DNA from: Candidatus Bathyarchaeota archaeon
GTDB lineage: Archaea; Thermoproteota; Bathyarchaeia; Bathyarchaeales; Bathycorpusculaceae
Length of the DNA stretch: 64,000 bases
Direction: 5' to 3'
Assembly: GCA_963775685.1 (NCBI GenBank)
Contig: CAVZJV010000014.1
Span: 1,312,001-1,376,000, forward strand
Shown piece by piece: positions 1-10,182 of this stretch. The position numbers were made by a program, and so were the translations under genes. Position 1 is the stretch's first letter. Each line of letters starts with the position of its first letter. The notes below the pieces were generated by a model, which did no database searches, had not been told where the DNA came from, and saw nothing but the letters and a program-made list of their open reading frames with translations.

Positions 1-1350
1 CAAGATACCTGTGCCTGAACCAAAGGCACCAAAAAAGTCTGAAAGCCCAGCCACAAGCCCGACGATGATGCCACCTAATACGGTCACCACTGGAATGTAA
101 CGTTTAAGGATTGCTTCTATAGGTCTTCCTGAACGTCTATAACCCGGAATTTGCATACCGCTATCCATGAGTTGCTTTGCTACTTTTGCAGGTCCTAAAC
201 CACCGACTTCAAGCCAAATCAACGAGAAAATAGCGCAGAAGACTATGATAATACCAAGGTACGCAGCCGCTTGTAGAGGCGCTCCTATGACACCTTGTAT
301 ATTTCTGGGTGCTGTTACGTAGTATGCTAAGCCGCCTACAGTTTGGACACTAGTTTGACCATTAGTGCCAATTGTTTGGTTGTAGTCTCCTATTATTTGG
401 AAGAATAAGTTGGTGCCCGGTGCAGGTCTCCCAAACTGGCTCCATAATAGCTGGCTGAAGAAATACACGTTCGCGAAAAGCGCTGAGGCGAAGATAACTG
501 GCAAGTTTGAGACGTACATGAGTTTGATCGGGTATCTACTGCGGAAACCCTTGTAGCCAGCGTAACTCATTGGAAGCTCAATTCTGACGCCTTGCAAGTA
601 AATGACTATCAGGAATACTGCTATTGTAGCGATCAAACCAAGCACTGAGGGGTATATTCCTCCGGCTGAGCCAAAAACATAGGTTACCGCCGGATTTCCG
701 ATGTCAAATGGTGCAGCGTGCCCCAAGTAAGCTGAAAGGGCGCCAACGAATAGACCATTTGGCGGCGAGAAAGTAGACCAAAGAATGTTCTGGGCAACGC
801 CTGCCATTATAAATAGACTGATTCCACTGCCTAGCCCCCATCCTTTCTGTACGAGTTCATCCATCAGCATAACGATTACTCCCGCGGCTAGTAATTGAAT
901 GAATATAGCCAGTATTGTTGGTCCGGCAAGGCTTGGACCATACATGCCGCTTAAGATGTATGCACCCGCTTGTATACCGGTAAGTACAATGCTGAAGACT
1001 TTGCTTGCTGAGGTAAAGAGTCCTCTGTCTTCAGAGTTTGACATATCACATTTGATGATTGATGAGCCTGCAAGGAGCTGCAGGATTAATCCAGCCGTAA
1101 CGATGGGACCAATACCTAACTCCATTAGTGTCCCACGGTTAGAGGCGAAAATTACTCTTAATGATCCGAAATTGTCGGATGCTGATTGTGCAACCCCATA
1201 GAGGGGAACCTCAGTCATGACAAGGAAAACAACAAGAACTAATGCTGTCCAGAAGATTTTTTCGTTAAAGCTAACTTTGCGTTCAGGTTTCTTTATTTCT
1301 GGCAGAACTCTTCCGATAGGTTTGAAGAGGCTGAGGAATCTTCCAGGCAT
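1..1350 (-). CDS. secY: Preprotein translocase SecY (Sec61alpha), 3' end truncated by window edge
   Basis: Manual translation from ATG at 1350: MPGRFLSLFKPIGRVLPEIKKPERKVSFNEKIFWT... with TLMELGIGPIVTAGLILQLL motif; follows rpl15. Confidence 0.96.
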   Translation of the reverse strand, partial: MPGRFLSLFKPIGRVLPEIKKPERKVSFNEKIFWTALVLVVFLVMTEVPLYGVAQSASDNFGSLRVIFASNRGTLMELGIGPIVTAGLILQLLAGSSIIKCDMSNSEDRGLFTSASKVFSIVLTGIQAGAYILSGMYGPSLAGPTILAIFIQLLAAGVIVMLMDELVQKGWGLGSGISLFIMAGVAQNILWSTFSPPNGLFVGALSAYLGHAAPFDIGNPAVTYVFGSAGGIYPSVLGLIATIAVFLIVIYLQGVRIELPMSYAGYKGFRSRYPIKLMYVSNLPVIFASALFANVYFFSQLLWSQFGRPAPGTNLFFQIIGDYNQTIGTNGQTSVQTVGGLAYYVTAPRNIQGVIGAPLQAAAYLGIIIVFCAIFSLIWLEVGGLGPAKVAKQLMDSGMQIPGYRRSGRPIEAILKRYIPVVTVLGGIIVGLVAGLSDFFGAFGSGTGIL

Positions 1351-1359
1351 TTAGGTGTT

Positions 1360-1770
1360 TTACTCTCCGTTAATTTGGGGAGCGACGATTTTTCCGCCTG
1401 CTTGCTTGATCTTTTCTGCTGCGGATTTTGAGCATGAAGCTACTTGCACGGTTAGGGGTTTAGTTATTTTTCCTGTGCCTAAGAGTTTGGTGTAGCCGAG
1501 TTCGGTTAGGTTGACTTCGGATCCTTGCGCGAGTTGGTCGAGTTTGCCCAAGTTGATTACGTTTACTTTAGTATGCAAGCTTTTGGGTGAGGTGAAACCG
1601 TGTTTTCCGAAGTAATTAGGTTCGGATGTGACGATTAAACTCCAAAGGTGTTTGTGGCGTCCGACTTTTCTTGCGCCTTTGCTACCTGAGTCTCTATGTT
1701 GACCTATTCTTCCGTAACCCTGGGTTCTTGAGCCTCTCGTTTTCCTGATTTTTCTAAGTTTATGTGGCAT
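1360..1770 (-). CDS. rpl15: 50S ribosomal protein uL15
   Basis: RGSRTQGYGRIGQHR and KLLGTG motifs; upstream of secY. Confidence 0.96.
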   Translation of the reverse strand: MPHKLRKIRKTRGSRTQGYGRIGQHRDSGSKGARKVGRHKHLWSLIVTSEPNYFGKHGFTSPKSLHTKVNVINLGKLDQLAQGSEVNLTELGYTKLLGTGKITKPLTVQVASCSKSAAEKIKQAGGKIVAPQINGE

Positions 1771-1771
1771 T

Positions 1772-2200
1772 TTAGTCCGCTTCTTTATCGAGTGTTTGTG
1801 CTTTTTTAAGCTTGATTTCCAGCACGCCGTTCTTGAACTTAGTGTGCATTGCGTCTGGAATCACTACCGTCGGCAAATTTAAACTTTTATAGTATCTTCG
1901 TTCTTTTGATTTTGCCGACAGCGTAATTTTTTGGTCTTTCACATTTATTTTGAGGGTTTCCTTATTAAAGCCTACTATTTCTGCTACGATTGTGATATAG
2001 CCGTTTTCTTGGAAGATATCGATTAAGGGCTTGTCTTCAACTATGTTGCGTTTGGTGTAGCTTTTAGGTGAACGAAAACTTTGAGCAGGCATAGTTTTTA
2101 ACCGCTGAGTTTTCTGGGTTGATTTTGGTCTTTTGTTTTTTAAACCGTTAAAATCTAGCCATTTACGGTTCTTGCAGGTTCGTCTCCACTTTGCACTCAT
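1772..2200 (-). CDS. Hsp20/alpha-crystallin family protein
   Basis: PLIDIF...KNGVLEIKL alpha-crystallin signature; atypical basic N-terminus. Confidence 0.85.
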   Translation of the reverse strand: MSAKWRRTCKNRKWLDFNGLKNKRPKSTQKTQRLKTMPAQSFRSPKSYTKRNIVEDKPLIDIFQENGYITIVAEIVGFNKETLKINVKDQKITLSAKSKERRYYKSLNLPTVVIPDAMHTKFKNGVLEIKLKKAQTLDKEAD

Positions 2201-2761
2201 GTATCTTTCCCCTCCGATTAACTAACGAATTTCTCTAATGACATTATAAAACGTATCGCACATAAAGGGTGACAAATTACCTAAACAACAAGATATAAAT
2301 AATTCGTGAAAACAGCGATTGGGTCGATAATTTTCGGGAAAAAGCTCTTCTGCTTCGGGAAATCTGGTCTACTTATATGCTCAACAGCTGATACGGCTTG
2401 AAATGTTAATGATTTGTGTGTTTGTTGGAAATATAGGTAGGTTAGGTATTGTTTGCCATAGTAATCACATTTTTTTATCCTTGCGGGTTTTGTTTGGGAA
2501 AAGCGCTACCTCGCCAACTTGACCCCACATCTCTAATATACAGATTCAAGACTAATTAACTTTGTTTGAAAGCCTTGGATTTAGTCATAAAAATCATCCT
2601 CAACATAAAACTACTCACTCACCCTATAGTCAACTCGTGAAACAGCAAATTCCAAACTTCCTATCGCTACGGGAACCCAACAAAACCTTGCATGTGACAA
2701 TTGTCGAAAACCTTATTGAGGGTCTATTATCATTTAGAATTGAGTTTGTAGGTGAAATTTT

Positions 2762-3190
2762 TTGGGTCTTTTTGGTCATAAAACACAGGCTAAAATTATG
2801 TTAACTAATGATGTGATTACGAAGTGTCAATGTCGAAAATGCCCGGTTCAGATGGACAGCGAAGTGCTAAATCCAAGATAATTGCAAGAAATAAAATGAT
2901 TGTAACTTGAAATTTGGAAAATTGCAGAATATGTTGAGTCCTGGAAATGATGAAGACTATGGAAACGATTGAACATGGCTAAAGAACGGATGAAAAGCGT
3001 AAGTGATGAAATGATTAAGAACACACCGAAAAGGATGCATTCAAAATAGATATCTAAAATTGAAGACAGCCCTGAACCTTACTGTGCCAATGGCGAAGCT
3101 TTCTGCAAAGAACTGATTTAACATACGTGTATTTGCCCCGGCTGCCAAGTTCTTTTTATTCCAAATTAATCTTACTACATGCATACGCTT
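2762..3190 (+). pseudogene. DUF2769-like Cys-rich protein, disrupted
   Basis: AGGTGA RBS then TTG; fragments KCQCRKCPVQMDS, PYCANGEAFCKEL and TCICPGCQV separated by frameshifts/stops; 3' end approximate. Confidence 0.6.
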
Positions 3191-3282
3191 TGCTTTGTTA
3201 AAGGTTACTTTGTATCTTGGAGCATTAAGCGAAGAAAAACCTTGAATAAATAAACAAATGATTGATAAACGCTGGTGGCTGT

Positions 3283-3771
3283 TTAGACCATGCGTTGTAC
3301 TAGTGCGTTGATTGCTTCCCCGCGGTAGCCTGCTTCGCCGCCTGCATTGAAGCCTTTCTTGGTTTTGCCCTTGTAGCCTTTGCTTGGCGGATGCAGTCGG
3401 AAACGTGCTTGTATATCGGGGAGTTTGCCATATTGTACTTTGCAGCTGACTATGCCTTCCGCGAGGTCATCTACTGATTTGTAGCCAATTTTTGTAAGAT
3501 ACTCTTCGGTTAGCTTTTTGTCGCCTGCTAAGAGCGCGCGTTTCTGGATCATCATAGCAACGGTTTCTTTGGTGGGTTCGCCGTAGGTAACGTAGCTGTT
3601 TATGCGTTGCAACATGCCTTTATAGGCTGGTCGACTATCAATTAGGATTGCATGGTTTGTGTGGCTCAAATGGAGCAGGTTAAGGGTTTCTCTTGCTTCA
3701 CGCTGTGCGCTGACTATTCCTCGGATCCTTACTACAACAAGGGGCTTATATTCTTCTATTTTCTGTGACAT
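3283..3771 (-). CDS. rpl30: 50S ribosomal protein uL30
   Basis: VVVRIRG, RLHPP, GYRGEAIN motifs; operon order. Confidence 0.96.
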   Translation of the reverse strand: MSQKIEEYKPLVVVRIRGIVSAQREARETLNLLHLSHTNHAILIDSRPAYKGMLQRINSYVTYGEPTKETVAMMIQKRALLAGDKKLTEEYLTKIGYKSVDDLAEGIVSCKVQYGKLPDIQARFRLHPPSKGYKGKTKKGFNAGGEAGYRGEAINALVQRMV

Positions 3772-3773
3772 TT

Positions 3774-4430
3774 TTATTTCACCCAATCCACTTGAGTAAT
3801 CAAATTATAAGTCTTCCGCATTCCATCAAAAATTGCACATGCATAAGACGGAACTGTCCTTGTTGAACCGTAACTTCTCATCCAGAGATCTTTGACACCG
3901 GCTAATCCTAAGATGACTTTCGCAACTTCGCTTGAAACCAAACCTAATCCTCTGGGGCCAGGAACGATTACTACTCGGACACCGCCGCATTTCCCTTCCA
4001 CTTCGAATGGAACAGAGTGTGGCTTACCGCAACCGCATTCCCAGCTTCCGCATCCGCGTTTAACTGGGATGATGTTTAGTCGGGCGTTCACTGCTGCTTT
4101 TTCGATGGCGTTTCGGACTTGGCTAGCTTTTCCGCTGCCTAAACCGACGTAGCCGTCTTTGTTTCCGACTGCAACTATGGCTTTAAAACGTGATTTTTCG
4201 CCTGCGTCAGTTTGCTTCTGAACTAGGTTAACGTTTATGACTTCCTCTTGAAGGTCAGGAATCAATGAATCAACAATTTGTGATTCAGAAATTTTTATTC
4301 CAGCCAGGAAAAGGTCTTCCATACTTGTTATTTTGCCTTCCTGAATCATCTTGCCCAACCTGGTTTTCGGAACCCAAGCTTCTAGGTTAGTTGTGCGTTT
4401 TTCTCTTTCGTTTCGATTTCGGTTACTCAT
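3774..4430 (-). CDS. rps5: 30S ribosomal protein uS5
   Basis: WVPKTRLGK, RGCGSWECGC, PGPRGLG motifs. Confidence 0.97.
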   Translation of the reverse strand: MSNRNRNEREKRTTNLEAWVPKTRLGKMIQEGKITSMEDLFLAGIKISESQIVDSLIPDLQEEVINVNLVQKQTDAGEKSRFKAIVAVGNKDGYVGLGSGKASQVRNAIEKAAVNARLNIIPVKRGCGSWECGCGKPHSVPFEVEGKCGGVRVVIVPGPRGLGLVSSEVAKVILGLAGVKDLWMRSYGSTRTVPSYACAIFDGMRKTYNLITQVDWVK

Positions 4431-4574
4431 TTTTTCTTTCCACCTTTATTAGCACCCTTTTTTTTAGGGGCTTTGGCTTTGGGTTCAGCTTCAGTTTTTG
4501 CTTTGGCAACTTTCGCTTTGGTTGCTTTTTCTTTTGGCGCCTCCCTAGAGAAGGCTTTTTCGCTAAGAGCAGCT

Positions 4575-5279
4575 TTAAATGCAGCTTTTTCCTTGGGAGC
4601 AGCTAGCTTTAGCTTTTAAAGCCACTTCTTTGGGGGCTTTTTCTTTTGGCGCAGCTTTCGGTGCGGGAGGAGCTTCTTCAGCCACTTTGGCACCCTTAAA
4701 AGAAGCCACTATGTCAGCCTTAACTTTACTTACGTGCTCAGCTATCTTTTCTGGGTCAATACCTTTTGCTTTGTACTGAGTGAATTTTGCTGTATATTCC
4801 TCTGATCCTGCGCCTAAGTTTTTAGCATATTTAGCTATGTGTTCGCCTTTCACGCGTTCTTTAACAATTTTTTCTTCGCTGTGGGGGACTTCCACGCCGG
4901 CGTCGACTACTCCGCTAAGAACAGCGAAGGTTCTTGAGCCCTTCGTAGGAGAAACCAAGCCGAGGTCAAGGATTGCTTCAGTTATGCCTGCGGCTTTTGC
5001 CTTCAAACCGACCAGTAACCCTGTCAGATAGGCTGCTGGAATGTTGCCTGTTGGAGCCTTCCAACCATATTTTTTGATGAGTTCTCTGCTGTTGGCTGCT
5101 GTCAAAACCTCATCGCCATGGGGCTTAGCAATTATTATTTGTGCTTCAACGTTCTTGAGGGATGCCCTTGTGACAAGCCTTGGTTTTCTGGATGCAACAA
5201 GAGCCTTGCGTGCTTGGTAATCGGTTTTTCCTTCGCGTCTGCGTCTTAGTTGTACTCGGTAACTTGCATTTTTCGCCAT
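4575..5279 (-). CDS. rpl18: 50S ribosomal protein uL18 with K/A/E/P-rich tail (tail continues in another frame to 4427)
   Basis: RRRREGKTDY, GNIPAAYLTG, GVEVPH motifs. Confidence 0.96.
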   Translation of the reverse strand: MAKNASYRVQLRRRREGKTDYQARKALVASRKPRLVTRASLKNVEAQIIIAKPHGDEVLTAANSRELIKKYGWKAPTGNIPAAYLTGLLVGLKAKAAGITEAILDLGLVSPTKGSRTFAVLSGVVDAGVEVPHSEEKIVKERVKGEHIAKYAKNLGAGSEEYTAKFTQYKAKGIDPEKIAEHVSKVKADIVASFKGAKVAEEAPPAPKAAPKEKAPKEVALKAKASCSQGKSCI

Positions 5280-5735
5280 TTAACGTTTCCTCCATAAATC
5301 ATGAGCTTTCAAGCTTCGCTCTAATTCAGCAATAGACTCAAACCTGCCGCTTCCCGCCATTCTATAATATTGGGTGTAGGTGGTTTCAGTTATGACTTTT
5401 CTCGCTTTCAAATCTCGGAGCTTCCGTCTTAATGAACGGATTTTTATCATCCAAGCTTCTTTTTTGGTGACCTTTGCGTATCCGGCGCCTTTTAGACTTC
5501 CTGGACCGCTACGTCTACCTTTAAGCTTTTTTGCTCGGATAACTTTTGCTCGGGACCTGCTGACGCCTTGCTGTGGCAACGAAACGATGATTTTCTCGTG
5601 AATCAGCTTTCTGACTTCTTCACGTGTAATCGCGCCTTCAACGTCATCCATGCGATCGGGATTTATCCAAACGCGGTTTTTCCCAATCTTTAAGATTTGA
5701 GCAGCTAGACGTCTTTGTCCGGCTAAGTCAGTCAT
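5280..5735 (-). CDS. rpl19e: 50S ribosomal protein eL19
   Basis: QRRLAAQIL, RVWINP, AITREEVR, GPGSLKG. Confidence 0.97.
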   Translation of the reverse strand: MTDLAGQRRLAAQILKIGKNRVWINPDRMDDVEGAITREEVRKLIHEKIIVSLPQQGVSRSRAKVIRAKKLKGRRSGPGSLKGAGYAKVTKKEAWMIKIRSLRRKLRDLKARKVITETTYTQYYRMAGSGRFESIAELERSLKAHDLWRKR

Positions 5736-6289
5736 TGTTTCTGTTCTCCCTTCTTAGGCTTGGTTTGTTTAGGGGCTTTCTTTTTGGTTTCTTTCTTTGG
5801 CTTTTTCTCTTCTTTTGGAGCTTTCTGCTCTACCGCTTCTGCCTCTGGCTCTTCGCCGTCAGCTTCTTCGGTTTTCTCCTCTTCGATTTCCTTTGAAACT
5901 CTAAGGTTTAAGAGTTTTATGTTAAGTTTCTTTGCTTCTGCAATAATTAGAGCACGTTTTCTTTTGCCGACAGTGTGGGCGATGCGTGCGGCTTGTGTGT
6001 TTGGGTCAATTGTTGAGAGGTCTGCCACGTTAAAAACCATGACTTCGCGATATCCGGATGGATGAAGGAAACGGGCGCTTAGAGGTCCCTTGTAGCCTGT
6101 GCTTGGGCCTGGGGGCCAACCTTTAATTTTTCGGCGGATCTTGTTGTCTAATCCGCGGGGTTTTCGCCAGCTTAGGCTGAAACGGTCGTATTTCCAGCTC
6201 TCAGCCCTTACAAATTTGGGTTTTTTGTTTCTGGCGCGCGCTCTAAGTTTGAGTGCTTCGCGTGAGGGGAAAATTTTCTTTTCGGTCAT
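5732..6289 (-). CDS. rpl32e: 50S ribosomal protein eL32 with charged tail
   Basis: WRKPRGLDNKIR, HPSGYRE motifs. Confidence 0.96.
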   Translation of the reverse strand: MTEKKIFPSREALKLRARARNKKPKFVRAESWKYDRFSLSWRKPRGLDNKIRRKIKGWPPGPSTGYKGPLSARFLHPSGYREVMVFNVADLSTIDPNTQAARIAHTVGKRKRALIIAEAKKLNIKLLNLRVSKEIEEEKTEEADGEEPEAEAVEQKAPKEEKKPKKETKKKAPKQTKPKKGEQKQ

Positions 6290-6834
6290 TATGCCATTCC
6301 TTCGTTTCTTTCATACACGTATATGCCATCAAGGAAAACACGGGGGTCCTTGTTTCGGACGCGTGTAGCCTGCTCAATGTTGGCGGCGGTTTGGCTGACT
6401 TCTTCCAAGTTTGCGCCTTCAACAATTATGTCGTCAGGTTCAATTTTTATTTTGACGCTGCCAATTAATTTTATTCTACGGGGCCTACGTTCGCCTGTAA
6501 AGTTTTCAATCAAGACAGATTTGTCTTGAAGTTTTACTGAGATTGGGAAGTGAGAGAAAACGATTTTGAGCTTGTATTGGTAGCCTTTGGTTACGCCGGT
6601 TATCATGTTGTTGATGTGTGAGTAGATGGTGCCTACTAGAGCAGCTTCCTTTTTGCGGGGCCACTTTGCGAAGATGCGAACGTTTTTTCCTTCGCCCTGT
6701 ATGGCTATTGGAGCAAACGAGAAGTCTCTTGTTAGTGAACCTTTGGTGCCTTTGACGCTAATTTTTTTGCCCTGTAAGCTTAGAGTTACGTCTTGTGGAA
6801 CTTGAACAGTTTTAGATATTTCTGGAAGCCGCAT
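6289..6834 (-). CDS. rpl6: 50S ribosomal protein uL6
   Basis: HFPI, ENFTGE, KDPRVFLDGIYV; ATG after GGAGTG RBS. Confidence 0.97.
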   Translation of the reverse strand: MRLPEISKTVQVPQDVTLSLQGKKISVKGTKGSLTRDFSFAPIAIQGEGKNVRIFAKWPRKKEAALVGTIYSHINNMITGVTKGYQYKLKIVFSHFPISVKLQDKSVLIENFTGERRPRRIKLIGSVKIKIEPDDIIVEGANLEEVSQTAANIEQATRVRNKDPRVFLDGIYVYERNEGMA

Positions 6835-6846
6835 AAAATACACTCC

Positions 6847-7230
6847 TTAATACACGAAGGCTAAGAGCCTTCCTCCAAGGTTTTTCTCTTCAGCGTCTTT
6901 GTGGGCCATGACACCTTTGGATGTCGAAACAACCATTATGCCCACGTCTCTAGACGGCAGGAACTTCTTTTCCCAGTTTTCAAATTCGGTGGATTTGACG
7001 GCGAATCTTGGTTTGACAGGACCACACTTGTTTATTCTGCCTAGCAATTGGATTTTGAATTTTCCTTGTCGACCATCGTCGATAAATTCGAATTCGCCGA
7101 TGAAGCCATTAAGTTGCATGATGCGTAGGACGCGCCCCAAAAGTTTAGAGGCAGGGCTAATTATACATTCGCGTTTGTTACGTGTTTCGTTGTTTTTGAT
7201 GGTTATCAAACCATTTGTTAATGTATCCAT
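6847..7230 (-). CDS. rps8: 30S ribosomal protein uS8
   Basis: FIDDGRQG, INKCG, STSKGVM, GGRLLAFVY. Confidence 0.97.
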   Translation of the reverse strand: MDTLTNGLITIKNNETRNKRECIISPASKLLGRVLRIMQLNGFIGEFEFIDDGRQGKFKIQLLGRINKCGPVKPRFAVKSTEFENWEKKFLPSRDVGIMVVSTSKGVMAHKDAEEKNLGGRLLAFVY

Positions 7231-7244
7231 GTTTTTCTTAGCTC

Positions 7245-7409
7245 CTACTCATATTTTTTGAAACCTAATTTTGGGGCTGCTTCTCTAAAACAGTGCCTAC
7301 ATAGATATAAATTGTAACGTCGAATAACTGGTCCATACGAACCGCACCTAACACATGGGCGTGAACCTTTACCATATTTTCGTACTTTTTTAACTTGTTC
7401 TTTTCCCAT
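7245..7409 (-). CDS. rps14: 30S ribosomal protein uS14 (zinc-binding), missed by ORF track
   Basis: Manual translation [54 protein letters not shown]; between rpl5 and rps8. Confidence 0.96.
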   Translation of the reverse strand: MGKEQVKKVRKYGKGSRPCVRCGSYGPVIRRYNLYLCRHCFREAAPKLGFKKYE

Positions 7410-7425
7410 ACATTCACTCTCAAAT

Positions 7426-7965
7426 TTAGACGATTTCGACTCCTAAAGTTTGTTTAACAAAGACGATTGATTCTTCAGGCGTCAACAGGTGCTTTGGACC
7501 AATTGACTTGTTTTGTTTTCTACGAATCTTGATTCTTTGTCCAGGGCGGTTAATGGTGACGCAGACATCCATTCCGAAGATACCGATATCAGGGTCATAT
7601 TTTACCCCCGGAATTTCGATGTGTTCTTTTAAGCCAAAAGCAAAGTTGCCACGTTCATCAAACGCACGTTTCGAAACCTTGTTTTCCACAACTGGCAAAA
7701 CTTTTTTGAGAAAGGCAATTGCTTTTTCCTTACGTAAAGTTACCACGACGGCGATTGATTCGCCCTCGCGTATACCGAAGTCCCGTATTGTTTTCTTGGC
7801 TTTTCTCTTTACAGGTGTTTGACCAGTGATTTCTGATAGGACTTTGTTGGCTTTTTCGAGCGGTTCGCCTGATTTGCCGACGTTTAAGTTTACGACGACT
7901 TTGTCAATTCGTGGCCTTAGCATCGGATTCTGATTCCAGTTCTCAATCATTGTTTCTTCAGACAA
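7426..7965 (-). CDS. rpl5: 50S ribosomal protein uL5
   Basis: [31 protein letters not shown]. Confidence 0.97.
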   Translation of the reverse strand: MSEETMIENWNQNPMLRPRIDKVVVNLNVGKSGEPLEKANKVLSEITGQTPVKRKAKKTIRDFGIREGESIAVVVTLRKEKAIAFLKKVLPVVENKVSKRAFDERGNFAFGLKEHIEIPGVKYDPDIGIFGMDVCVTINRPGQRIKIRRKQNKSIGPKHLLTPEESIVFVKQTLGVEIV

Positions 7966-8722
7966 GTGCAGGTGCCTCCAATGTAGTTATGAGCGGTTCG
8001 GTTTCACCTATAGAGAAGATGAAATCTAGGATTGTTTGACAGCGTGCGCCTGTTGAGTCTTCGATGACTACTAGGGCTTGGCGGCGTTTTTTAGCTTCAG
8101 TCTTTTCGATTTCAACTATCTTTCCCTTTGTGCCGACGTTTTTTCCGCCCGTGATTATTGCCATGTTACCTTCTTTTGTTTTGAGACTTTGAACTACTTG
8201 TTTTTCTGGATAGGTAACTTTGAGTACGTCGAATGTTTCGTATGTTACTTCATGTGGGTTTTTGGGGTCAACGACTTTTATGAGTATGTTTGTGCCGTTG
8301 TGAAGTGCAATTTGGACGCCATTGTGAACGGTATTTTTGTCCTCAACACGAACTAGTGTAATGTGGGATTCTTCTTTGCTTATTGGAGCTAAAATCAACC
8401 CTTTGTGTGAGGGCATGATGCGATAGTATTTATCCATCTCAGGCATCGAGATGACATCCATTAATCCGACAGGTATGTCGTCTTTTTTGCAGATTTTACC
8501 GTTAACTAAAACTTTGCCTTGAGCAAGGATCAATTTGTCTTCTTTGCGTGTTTGTGCAACACCAAGGATGTCACGTAGAACCAGAGTTAAAGGTAGACAG
8601 CTGTTTAGTGAATGTGAACCTGACGAGGGCTTTGCTACCCACGGCAACTCTTTTCTGTGAATCGGCCAGAATGCTGGAGCTGGCTTACGTTTCAGCCTTG
8701 CAGTTTTTCCTTTTTTACCCAT
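7958..8722 (-). CDS. rps4e: 30S ribosomal protein eS4
   Basis: LKRKPAPAFWPI, PVGLMDVI, GGKNVG. Confidence 0.97.
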   Translation of the reverse strand: MGKKGKTARLKRKPAPAFWPIHRKELPWVAKPSSGSHSLNSCLPLTLVLRDILGVAQTRKEDKLILAQGKVLVNGKICKKDDIPVGLMDVISMPEMDKYYRIMPSHKGLILAPISKEESHITLVRVEDKNTVHNGVQIALHNGTNILIKVVDPKNPHEVTYETFDVLKVTYPEKQVVQSLKTKEGNMAIITGGKNVGTKGKIVEIEKTEAKKRRQALVVIEDSTGARCQTILDFIFSIGETEPLITTLEAPALV

Positions 8723-8724
8723 TT

Positions 8725-9408
8725 TTATTGTTCTCCTTTAGTTTTATCAGAAGCTTTCTTAGCCTTTGCTTTTGGCGCGGCTTCTTTTTCCTCTGTCTTT
8801 TTTGCGGCTGGTGCCTTCTTTGCTGCTGTCGTAGGCTTTCCTGCTTTTTTTGCAACTGGAGTTTTTTCTATTTTCTCCGGTGCTTCTTTCTTAGCGGTAG
8901 ATTTCTTTGCAGGTGTTTTTGGCGCCTCTTCTTCTTTTACTGGTTCCTCTTCTTTAACTTCTTCAACCTTAGCTGGTGCTTTTTGAGATTTCTTTTCTTG
9001 TTTAGCCTTTGGTTTTTCGGCTTTCACCGGTTTTTCAACTGCCTTCTTTCTTTCAAGGATATTCTTGCGCCATTTATCGTCAAGGTTGAGACTACGTATT
9101 TGGACTTTAGAGGGATGAACAGAGATGAAGATGTTTGTTCCATCAACTTTTTCCCGTGTTAATCCTTCAAGGTAAATTCGGTAAGCTTTGAGGTCAACAC
9201 GTGAAATTTTGCCTTCAAACCCCTTGTTGTCGCCGCGTTTGATCTGGACTGTATCGCCTTTTCGAACTGGTAGAGTTTTTACTCCTCTTGATGAGGCAAG
9301 TTCATTTGATAAAGATGCTGCCATAAGTTTATGGCGTATGTGAGCAGGAGCGTTGAAGAGTCTTTTCCTTTGTTTGCCAGGGTTCTTTATTCGTTTTGTT
9401 TCTTGCAT
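8725..9408 (-). CDS. rpl24: 50S ribosomal protein uL24 with ~100-aa K/A/E/P tail
   Basis: KQRKRLFNAPAH, VRKGDTV KOW motif, HPSKV. Confidence 0.96.
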   Translation of the reverse strand: MQETKRIKNPGKQRKRLFNAPAHIRHKLMAASLSNELASSRGVKTLPVRKGDTVQIKRGDNKGFEGKISRVDLKAYRIYLEGLTREKVDGTNIFISVHPSKVQIRSLNLDDKWRKNILERKKAVEKPVKAEKPKAKQEKKSQKAPAKVEEVKEEEPVKEEEAPKTPAKKSTAKKEAPEKIEKTPVAKKAGKPTTAAKKAPAAKKTEEKEAAPKAKAKKASDKTKGEQ

Positions 9409-9418
9409 TATTTTTCAC

Positions 9419-9859
9419 CTATACGATTATGCTGGAGGCACTTGCAATTCTTGGCCATCTCTCAGCTGCCTCTCTTGCTACTGGACCGCGAATTTCTGAA
9501 CCCTTCATTTCGCCATCGGGAGTGATGATTACTGCAGCATTATCTTCAAATTGAACCCAAACCCCATCGACGCGTCGGAAGCATTTCCTTTGTCGGACGA
9601 TTACGGCTTGGAATATCTTTTTGCGCATGTCAGGTGAGCCTTGGCGGACTGAAACTGTGACTTTGTCGCCGACGGTTGCGGATGGGTAACGTCTTAGTCG
9701 ACCTTTGTAACCCATGGCTTGAATTAAGCGCAGAACTCGAGCGCCCGTGTTATCGGTACATTTCATTTCGGATCCTGCCAATAGTCCACGACTAATTTTT
9801 TGTCCGTGAGAAAGCATACCTTTTGCTACTAGAGCTCTCTGTTTCGCTTTCGCAGCCAT
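9419..9859 (-). CDS. rpl14: 50S ribosomal protein uL14
   Basis: DNTGAR, FEDNAAVI, GPVAREAAERWP. Confidence 0.97.
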   Translation of the reverse strand: MAAKAKQRALVAKGMLSHGQKISRGLLAGSEMKCTDNTGARVLRLIQAMGYKGRLRRYPSATVGDKVTVSVRQGSPDMRKKIFQAVIVRQRKCFRRVDGVWVQFEDNAAVIITPDGEMKGSEIRGPVAREAAERWPRIASASSIIV

Positions 9860-9860
9860 T

Positions 9861-10181
9861 TTACTTTTCCTCGCCTAACTTTTCTACAACAACAAATGAT
9901 ACTGTTTTGCTGACTGGTCTGCACTCTGCGATTTTTACACGGTCGCCTTCTTTAACGTCGATGCATGGCGGGTTGTGTGATGGTATGTGCCCGTGGCGTC
10001 TTTCGTAACGCACGAATTTTGTTGAGAACTGTAGGAATTCTCTGTCAACGATAACGGTTTTATCCATTTTTGCTGTGTGAACTGTTCCTTCCAGTACACG
10101 TCCGCGTACGGATAGTGTTCCGTGGAATGGACAATTTCGGTCGTCACAGGTCTTTTTTGGTTGCTTGAAAGTCATCGACAT
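9861..10181 (-). CDS. rps17: 30S ribosomal protein uS17
   Basis: CDDRNCPFHG, HNPPC, ECRPVSKT. Confidence 0.97.
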   Translation of the reverse strand: MSMTFKQPKKTCDDRNCPFHGTLSVRGRVLEGTVHTAKMDKTVIVDREFLQFSTKFVRYERRHGHIPSHNPPCIDVKEGDRVKIAECRPVSKTVSFVVVEKLGEEK

Positions 10182-10182
10182 T

